From: Candidatus Polarisedimenticolia bacterium
GTDB lineage: Bacteria > Acidobacteriota > Polarisedimenticolia > Gp22-AA2
Assembly (NCBI GenBank): GCA_036005805.1
Contig: DASYQE010000086.1
Coordinates: forward strand, 14,014-78,013
Direction: 5' to 3'
Length of the DNA stretch: 64,000 nt
The number at the start of each line of letters is the position of its first letter. The first letter of the stretch is position 1. The notes beneath the pieces are model-generated. The model made no database searches and was not told the origin of the DNA. It saw only the letters and a list, made by a program, of their open reading frames with translations. Positions 58,183 to 64,000 of this stretch are shown here, one piece after another. A program made the translations under genes and the position numbers.

Positions 58183-59610
58183 TCAGTCCCCGTTCTTGAA
58201 GTCGTCGATGATGTAGAGCGATTCGATGGTGTCGAGAGCCGGCGCGATGATCGAGAAGACGTCGTGCAGGTGCGCCAGGAAGCCCTTCGAGACGTAGATG
58301 ATGTCGCCGGGCTCGAGCTCGAAGTCGTCCTTCAGGTCCCCGGTCTTGAACAGCTCCTTGAGGTTCGCCGCCTTGAGATCCGGCTTGCCGTCGGCGCGCC
58401 GCTTGATGAGGACGACCTCCTTCGGGTTCGAGCGCAGGCTGAGGCCCCCGGCGCGCGCGATCGCCTCGATCAGCGTCATGCGGTCGAAGATGGTCACGAC
58501 CCCCGGCTGGTTGACCTCGCCCAGGACGTACACCTTGCGCATCCCCATCTGCAGCGACGGCAGGAAGACGAAGTCGCCGTCCTCGAGGGCCGGGTTGTCC
58601 GCGTCGCTGTGGTGGAACACCGCCTTGAAGAGGTTGACGTCCTGCTGGGTCCCGTCGCGCTTGACGATCTGCACGCGCATCAGGTCGGCCTCCGGCGAGG
58701 GGCCGCCGTGCTCCGCCAGGAACGACACCAGGCGGGTCGGACCCTCGAGCGCCCAGTCGCCGGGGCCGCTGTCGGTGCGCGCCGTCGTCTTCACCTCGCC
58801 CATGAGGTGAACCCGGTGGCCCGCGTAACGCAGGACCAGGAGCTCCGTGTAGATTTCCTTGTAGATGCGCGAGAGACGCCCTTCGATGTCCTTCTTGGCG
58901 TCGATGGCGGTCTTGCCGCCGACGGCGATCGACCCGAGCCCGAGGATCGGCAGGAAGGCGGTGCCGTCGCTCTGCACGGTGAGCTGCTGCTCGTCGATCT
59001 TCTCGCCGTCCCAGATGCGCAGGGACAGGACGTCGCCGGGGGCGAAGCGGTAGTCGGGAGCCGGGGCGAAGGTGGTCACCGCCTGCGCGAACGGGCCGAC
59101 GGCGGCGCGCGCCTCGGCGGTGGCGGCGCCCCCGAGCAGGGCCAGCGTGGCGAGGACGGCGGCCCGGCGCAGCAGGCGCGGGCGGCGCCGGCGGATGGCC
59201 AGGCGGAACAGGGCGCGGCGGCGCGCGGCGGCGGAATCGTCGATGGGCAGGGTGCGCCCCTCGCGGAGGACCGCCACCACGCGGCCGAGCAGCTCCTCGC
59301 GCCGGCAGCCGGCGTCGAGGCCCGGCTCGTTGTCCCCCTGCGTGCGGTAGAGGCGTCGCCCGTCCTCCAGGACCACGGTGACCAGGCGGTGCGCGACGAT
59401 CCCCGCGGCGTCGCGGCGCACCAGGATCTCGCCGGGGCGGGGGAGACCGAGACAGGGGGCGACGACGATCCGGTCGCCCGGGACGAGCGTCGGCCGCATG
59501 CTGTCGCCGCGCACCGGCAGCGACACGTCGAGGCCGCCCTGCAGGAGCGCCTCGAGGACCGGTTCGGTCTCGAGCGCGCCGGGCGCCTCGGGCCGCGGCG
59601 ATCCCGGCAT
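58183..59610 (-). CDS. Unusual single-ORF fusion: an N-terminal S24/S26 (LexA/signal-peptidase-like) peptidase domain, then a signal-anchor/TM segment, then a C-terminal Wza-type polysaccharide export domain (Poly_export plus SLBB).
   Basis: It shares a reading frame with the listed 58183..60384 ORF. ATG at 59610 (MPGSPRPEAPG...). The S24-like motifs are VRGDSMRPTLVPGDRIVV, GEILVRRDAAGIVAHRLV and YRTQGDNEPGLD. A signal-like segment RRRRPRLLRRAAVLATLALLGGAATAEA follows. The Wza motifs are PDYRFAPGDVLSLRIW and the tandem SLBB-like region. No canonical start exists for a separate wza. Confidence 0.7.
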   Translation of the reverse strand: MPGSPRPEAPGALETEPVLEALLQGGLDVSLPVRGDSMRPTLVPGDRIVVAPCLGLPRPGEILVRRDAAGIVAHRLVTVVLEDGRRLYRTQGDNEPGLDAGCRREELLGRVVAVLREGRTLPIDDSAAARRRALFRLAIRRRRPRLLRRAAVLATLALLGGAATAEARAAVGPFAQAVTTFAPAPDYRFAPGDVLSLRIWDGEKIDEQQLTVQSDGTAFLPILGLGSIAVGGKTAIDAKKDIEGRLSRIYKEIYTELLVLRYAGHRVHLMGEVKTTARTDSGPGDWALEGPTRLVSFLAEHGGPSPEADLMRVQIVKRDGTQQDVNLFKAVFHHSDADNPALEDGDFVFLPSLQMGMRKVYVLGEVNQPGVVTIFDRMTLIEAIARAGGLSLRSNPKEVVLIKRRADGKPDLKAANLKELFKTGDLKDDFELEPGDIIYVSKGFLAHLHDVFSIIAPALDTIESLYIIDDFKNGD

Positions 59611-59636
59611 GGCTTCGCGATCCAGGCGCGCGGCGC

Positions 59637-61829
59637 TCACGATCGCTCCGTGGGTGTGACGCGGTGGCGGATGTGCAGGAACGGCGCGCGCGCCAGGTCG
59701 ACGAAGCGGCGCTCGGCGCCGACGGCGCCGGAGGCGATCTCGACGCGCGGGCGGAAGTGGTTTTCCTCGTTCTGGGTGACGACGCGGGCCACGTCGCCGC
59801 TCGACAGCTCCACGAGGCAGCCGATCGGGTAGATCGGCACGGCACGCAAAAGCGCCCGGAACAGCAGCGGGCTGAAGCGCTGACCGTGCTGCGCCATCAC
59901 CAGCGACGTCACGTCGTGCAGGTCGAGCCCGCGCTCCCGTCCGCCCTGCTGCAGGCGCTCGGCGAGTGACGCGAGGGCGACCGCCTGGATGCGGAGGTCG
60001 GCGCGGCTGCGTTCGGTCGCCGGGGCGCCCGGGTCGAGCAGGGCGCGCACCTCGTCGATGCGTCCGCGCATCTCCGCTCCTCCCACGCCCAGCCGCTCGA
60101 GCGTGGCGGGAGCGAGCTCCGCGTCGTGCACCAGCGCCAGCAGCGCCGTGGCGGGGCCGTCCTCCCCGGCGCCGAGGCCCGCTGCAAGCCCGCCGGCGAT
60201 GAGGGCGCAGTTGATGGCGTGGCGGGCCGCGTCGCTGGCGCGCGACGAGGCGATGAGGAGCGACGGCAGCGCGGCCTGCGGCGCTTCGGGTCGCTGCGCT
60301 CCCGGGGCGGAGCGCCCCGCGAGGGTGCGCGCGAGATCGGACAGCTCCCGGCCCCGGTTCGTTCCCTGCGCCGCGTCGCGCCACAGCGCGTCGAGCCGCA
60401 GGGCTTCCTCCTCGGTCGGGACCGCGGCCGCGGCGGCGGCCGCTTCCGAGGCGGGCCCTTCGGCGCGCGGCTCGAGGACGGCCGCCACGATGGGCGGGCG
60501 GACGCCGCGCGGTGCGCCCGCGAGGGCGGACACTTCGCGCAGCGATCGCATCGAGCCGGCATCCCCGGGAAGGACCAGGACATCCTCGAACAGCACGTTC
60601 CCGTCCATGACCCGCCGCCAGCCTTCTTCACGCAGGGTCGGCAGGCCGCGATCGAGGCCGTCGAGGCCGGACCAGGCGAAGACACCGGTGACACCCTCGG
60701 CGCCGGTCCGGGCGCAGGCGTCGCAGCCGGCGCCGCGCGGCACGGCGAGGCCGCCGCGTCTTTCGATGTCCTCCATGTCGCGGCGGTGGAAGCCCAGGCG
60801 CAGCGCCCGCTCGGGCGAGAGCGTCGTGGTCGTCCGGCAGGCGCGGCACACGGTGCGGACGAGCCCCTGCGACAGGACCGCCACCGGCACGCCGGGGAGT
60901 GCCGCCGACTCGAACAGGCTGCGCACCCGGCGCGCGCTGGCTTCCGGCTCTCCCGGCGGCAGGCCCGCGAGCACCAGCGCTCCGCCGGCGGCGAGCCGGG
61001 CGGCGAGCGCGGCATCGCGTCCGTCATGAAGCGTTTCGATCAGCACGAAATCGGGGGCCACGGCGCGCAGGCTTTCCGGGAAAGGCCAGTCGGAGAGCCG
61101 CTCGCCGAGCCACGGCAGCGGCCCGGCGGCGCGGGCGCCGATGCGGCCGCCGCGCCGGCCGCCCGCGACCAGGAGCTCCGCCATACGGTCGAGCGTCAGG
61201 GTGCATCCTGACGCGGACCCGGCGGCTACGCCGACGAAGCCCGACGGGCGGTCGAGCGCTTCGGCGACCACTTCGAGCAGCGACGCCGAGAAGCCGAGAT
61301 CGGGCAGCTCGCGGGGTGCTTCGCCGACCGTCCCGGCGATGCGCAGCCGGAACTCGTGGGGCCGCGGTCCGGGCCGGACCGACAGCAGCAGCCGTGCCGC
61401 CCGCTGCGCCCCGGCGAGAGGCACGACGCCCCGGGGGGCGCAGCGGAACAGGGCCGCCATCAGGCCCAGCGCGTCGCGCGGCGCCACCGGGAACGGATGC
61501 TTCTGGCCGTCGGAGCCGATGAGGATTCCCTTCACCCCGTCGCGCCCGCGCAGCAGCACCATCTCGTCGTACTCGCCGTGCAGCAGGCGGGAGAGCGCGG
61601 GCGCGAGCAGGTCGGGGCGCGGAATCGCCTGCGGCCACGAGTCCGGATCGTCCGGCGGGTGCAGCTCCGCCGCGCGCACCTCGTCCTCGGTGGCGGGCAG
61701 GACCACGATCGCCGTGCCGTCCGGCAGCCGGCGTGGCAGCGGGGCGCCGCCGAGGCCGCGCGGCGCCGCGACGAAGACGACCCCCTGGCGCTCCGCCAGC
61801 AGGACGACTTCGGGAGGTCTCTCGCTCAA
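59637..61829 (-). CDS. GspE/PilB-family (type II secretion/T4P ATPase-like) pseudo-ATPase. It has an N2-like domain, a degenerate Walker A, a conserved tetracysteine Zn motif (CRAC...CDAC) and a C-terminal degenerate HD-like domain.
   Basis: TTG start at 61829, preceded by the RBS ggggagg. GspE-like motifs are PDFVLIETLHDGRDAALAARLAAGGALVLAGL (compare the family motif pattern IxVGEIRDxETAxxAxxAAxTGHLV), VGVAAGSASGCTLTL (degenerate P-loop with no Lys), RTVCRACR...GCDACARTG and GVTGVFAWSGLD. The C-terminus has HAINCALIAGGLAAGLG...LVHD but no HHE/GYP. Confidence 0.65.
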   Translation of the reverse strand: MSERPPEVVLLAERQGVVFVAAPRGLGGAPLPRRLPDGTAIVVLPATEDEVRAAELHPPDDPDSWPQAIPRPDLLAPALSRLLHGEYDEMVLLRGRDGVKGILIGSDGQKHPFPVAPRDALGLMAALFRCAPRGVVPLAGAQRAARLLLSVRPGPRPHEFRLRIAGTVGEAPRELPDLGFSASLLEVVAEALDRPSGFVGVAAGSASGCTLTLDRMAELLVAGGRRGGRIGARAAGPLPWLGERLSDWPFPESLRAVAPDFVLIETLHDGRDAALAARLAAGGALVLAGLPPGEPEASARRVRSLFESAALPGVPVAVLSQGLVRTVCRACRTTTTLSPERALRLGFHRRDMEDIERRGGLAVPRGAGCDACARTGAEGVTGVFAWSGLDGLDRGLPTLREEGWRRVMDGNVLFEDVLVLPGDAGSMRSLREVSALAGAPRGVRPPIVAAVLEPRAEGPASEAAAAAAAVPTEEEALRLDALWRDAAQGTNRGRELSDLARTLAGRSAPGAQRPEAPQAALPSLLIASSRASDAARHAINCALIAGGLAAGLGAGEDGPATALLALVHDAELAPATLERLGVGGAEMRGRIDEVRALLDPGAPATERSRADLRIQAVALASLAERLQQGGRERGLDLHDVTSLVMAQHGQRFSPLLFRALLRAVPIYPIGCLVELSSGDVARVVTQNEENHFRPRVEIASGAVGAERRFVDLARAPFLHIRHRVTPTERS

Positions 61830-62869
61830 GACGCCTCCCCGGTGTCCGCGGCCGGGCCGCCGAGCGAGGCCAGCACGCAGTCGACCGCCGAGGCATCGGG
61901 GAGAAACTGCAGGCGTCGCACCGGCACCTGCTCGGCGAGATGCGACAGGAAGCGGACCGCGAACTCCAGGCCCTCGCGCTCCCACAGGGCCGGGAAGGCG
62001 CGCACCATCATCTGCGCCACCGCCGCCGAGGGCGGCAGATCGATCACCCGGTTGCGCGGGGCCTGTTCGAGGATGAAGACCGCGTCGAGCGGCGCCGAGC
62101 CGGGCGACTCGATCCCGGCCTCGCCGTGCCACGGGGTGCCGTAGATGCGCGGACCCGCCGCGTCGGCGCGGATCACGATGCGATCGTCCGACAGGAGGGT
62201 CGTGGCGGGGCGTCCGGACCACAGGCGCGCCGAGGTGCTCTTGCCGGAGCCGCTCGTGCCGAGCAGCAGGATGCCGCGGCCGCGGTGCACGAGGCCGCAC
62301 GCGTGCACCAGCACGCCGCGCCCGCGCGCCAGGCGCGCCAGGAAGACCACCTCATCGAACGGGTAGACGAACGGGTGCATGGTGTCGCCGGCCAGGTGCG
62401 GACCGCCGTCCACCGTCTCGCCGTGTCCCACCGCGTAGTCGTGGTCGAACTCCACCGCGAGATAGGGATTGTGGCCGTAGATCGGCGAGCGCAGCGTCAG
62501 GAGATGCCCGGCGTGCGTCTCCTCGAGACGCCACACCGAGCCGGTGTCGAACACCGTGCGCGCCGCCTTCTTCGGCGGCCGCGGCGACGGCAAGGGCGCG
62601 AGCACGACCGAGGCGCAGTCGAGACCGGCGTCGCGCGACAGGAACGGCTCGTGGGCCGCGTCGGTGACGAGACGGATCCCGGGCTCGGCCGGCGTCACCT
62701 CGAGTCCGAGGCCGGCGATCTGCAGAACCAGCGGGCCCGACGCGTCAGGAGCCACTGTGCGAGCAGAGCGCCGGGGTGCCGGTGCACTTCTCGGACGCGC
62801 CGAGAGGTCCCTGGGTGGTGACTGTCTTGCACGAGGCGAGGACCGCCTCGTCGGGCACCAGGTGGACAC
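61826..62869 (-). CDS. HprK-related P-loop kinase (HPr kinase/phosphorylase C-terminal-domain-like). The start is uncertain: the first 38 listed codons are Ser/Pro/Arg-rich, and an internal GTG near 62755 is an alternative.
   Basis: A P-loop LLLGTSGSGKSTSARL followed by LSDDRIVI, the arrangement diagnostic of the HprK C-terminal kinase fold. The stop overlaps the TTG of the downstream gene. Confidence 0.68.
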   Translation of the reverse strand: MSTWCPTRRSSPRARQSPPRDLSARPRSAPAPRRSARTVAPDASGPLVLQIAGLGLEVTPAEPGIRLVTDAAHEPFLSRDAGLDCASVVLAPLPSPRPPKKAARTVFDTGSVWRLEETHAGHLLTLRSPIYGHNPYLAVEFDHDYAVGHGETVDGGPHLAGDTMHPFVYPFDEVVFLARLARGRGVLVHACGLVHRGRGILLLGTSGSGKSTSARLWSGRPATTLLSDDRIVIRADAAGPRIYGTPWHGEAGIESPGSAPLDAVFILEQAPRNRVIDLPPSAAVAQMMVRAFPALWEREGLEFAVRFLSHLAEQVPVRRLQFLPDASAVDCVLASLGGPAADTGEAS

Positions 62870-62929
62870 GGGTCAGGCGCGGCGGCTGGTAGGCGCGGCG
62901 CGACGAAGGATCGGACGGCTTCCTCGGGA

Positions 62930-64000
62930 TCATCGGGCGGTCTCCGCAGGGGACGGGCGTTCGATGCTGAGCAGGTTCGGGGACTGGGAGGCGGACGGAC
63001 GAGCCGTCTTGCTGCAGCCGGTGGCGCACCCTCCGGCGGCGCACGCCGTACCGGCGCCGGACGGAGCGGGCCGCCGGCTGGCACGGGGCAGGGTCACGCC
63101 CTCGGGCGTCCAGCCGGAGGCGACCTTGTCGGCGTGCGCGAGAAAGCGCGCCGCCCGGGCCGGGTCGCCCGCTTCTCCTTCGAGGAGCGCGGCACGCCGG
63201 TGCGTCAGCTCGCAGAAGTGGGGGATCCACCCGTCGGGGCTGCCGGTCTCCAGGATCGCCGTCGCGGGACAGCGATCGCACAGGGATTTGAGCTCGCAGC
63301 GGACGCAGACGTTCTCCGGGGCGGCGGGGCGCTCGCGCACGGCGCCGACAACCCCGTTCCAGCCTTCGAGGAAGGAGCCGTTGCGCAGATCGTAGCCGTC
63401 CAGCGGCAGCGCCTCGCACGACCACAGCCAGCCGCGCGGATCCACGTGGAACGACTGCAGTCCGGCGCCGCACGAAAGCAGCCGGTCGGTCTTCGGCGTG
63501 GTCCGGACGAACCGGTCGTAGAACCGCTGCCAGTGCGCGCGGCGCTCCGGATCGGCCGCGTCGAGCCCGACGATGTCCGAGGGTGTGGCCCGCGCCGCGA
63601 CCGGCTGCATCGAGCCGTCGAGGCGACCGTGGATGGTGCCGTCGTAGCGGAAGGGCAGCCCGAGCGAGTCGGCCCAGGCGCGCATGGTCGGCAGCTCTTC
63701 GACCAGCCCCTGCATGGCGACCGCCTTGAGCGTCAGCTTCACCCGCCGGGCGTGCAGCCGCTCCACGGCCTCCCGCACCCGGCGGAAGCGCCCCGGCATG
63801 CCGGTCGTCCGCAAGTAGGTGTCGTCCGACATCCCGTAGAGGGTGATCTCGACGCCGAGGGGCGGGTACTCCGCGAACAGGTCGGCGATGCGATCGTCGA
63901 GGAGCGTGCCGTTGGTGAAGACGGTCAGGAGCATGCCGCGCCCCTTGGCGTGGCGGTAGATCTCCGGGAAATCCGCGCGGCTCAGGACCTCGCCGCCGGT
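62930..64000 (-). CDS. Radical SAM / SPASM-domain protein (C-terminal two-thirds). The N-terminus with the CxxxCxxC motif lies beyond the right edge of the window.
   Basis: The reading frame continues open to 64000 (…GGEVLSRADFPEIYRHAKGRGMLLTVFTNGTLL, the core rSAM motif). The SPASM cysteines are SCGAGLQSFHVDPRGWLWSCEALPLD and CVRCELKSLCDRCP. The listed ORF 62930..63934 merely starts at the first internal Met. Confidence 0.8.
   Translation of the reverse strand, partial: TGGEVLSRADFPEIYRHAKGRGMLLTVFTNGTLLDDRIADLFAEYPPLGVEITLYGMSDDTYLRTTGMPGRFRRVREAVERLHARRVKLTLKAVAMQGLVEELPTMRAWADSLGLPFRYDGTIHGRLDGSMQPVAARATPSDIVGLDAADPERRAHWQRFYDRFVRTTPKTDRLLSCGAGLQSFHVDPRGWLWSCEALPLDGYDLRNGSFLEGWNGVVGAVRERPAAPENVCVRCELKSLCDRCPATAILETGSPDGWIPHFCELTHRRAALLEGEAGDPARAARFLAHADKVASGWTPEGVTLPRASRRPAPSGAGTACAAGGCATGCSKTARPSASQSPNLLSIERPSPAETAR

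Noticed and set aside
58183-60384. The possibility that the S24-like and Wza parts are two genes merged by a frameshift
   Set aside because: They are in the same frame with no stop between them, so no frameshift is needed to produce the fusion. A separate wza would require a CTG start. A sequencing-error origin cannot be excluded without reads.

Overview
This is a high-GC (about 70%) bacterial chromosomal segment that is almost entirely coding. By eye it contains no rRNA, tRNA, CRISPR array, transposase or integrase. The gene content suggests a Myxococcota-like (or related high-GC deltaproteobacterial or acidobacterial) genome: MopE-type Cys-rich repeats, MJ0042-type zinc ribbons, DUF4388/PATAN-like domains and FG-GAP proteins are all present.

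Genes from left to right:
- A secreted MopE-like Cys-repeat protein that runs off the left edge, then ftsK, RNase J and rsmA(ksgA) on the minus strand.
- trxA, followed by a three-gene MacAB-type efflux set (adaptor, ATPase, permease).
- A giant secreted FG-GAP beta-propeller protein.
- A complete aerotolerance-type Bat operon (moxR, DUF58, a hypothetical membrane protein, batA, a batB-batC fusion, batD, batE), each gene joined to the next by a 4-nt ATGA or GTGA overlap and running into hemW.
- A sulfatase, L-threonine aldolase and hsp20, with an AT-rich promoter island upstream of hsp20.
- A catabolic operon: acyl-CoA dehydrogenase, a MeaB-methylmalonyl-CoA epimerase fusion, the CoA transferase A and B subunits, and a small hypothetical protein.
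- A membrane-sensor GAF-GGDEF cyclase.
- MTAP and a PfkB kinase, then ribH and nusB.
- A pair of DUF4388-receiver-like and Zn-ribbon-receiver-like regulators.
- From 39.4 kb to the right edge, one co-directional minus-strand polysaccharide (EPS/O-antigen-type) locus of at least 19 genes: asnB-like amidotransferase, several GT4 glycosyltransferases, wecA-like, DegT, LmbE, WbqC, GT9, a methyltransferase, a CgeB-like protein, Wzx, Wzy, Wzc and a Wza domain.

The most unusual part is the 5' end of that locus (59.6-64 kb). It holds a radical SAM/SPASM protein (partial, off the right edge), an HprK-related P-loop kinase, a GspE/PilB-family pseudo-ATPase with an intact tetracysteine but a degenerate Walker A and a degenerate HD-like C-terminus, and a single ORF fusing an S24/S26 (LexA/signal-peptidase-like) domain through a signal-anchor to the Wza export domain. 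This looks like a candidate undescribed peptide-modification and regulatory module attached to an EPS export machine.

Many long Arg/Pro-rich ORFs in the six-frame track are GC-driven artefacts antisense or out-of-frame to recognisable genes. Several real genes start at internal codons of long track ORFs. Those starts were placed by frame arithmetic against the ORF track and can be off by one or two nucleotides.
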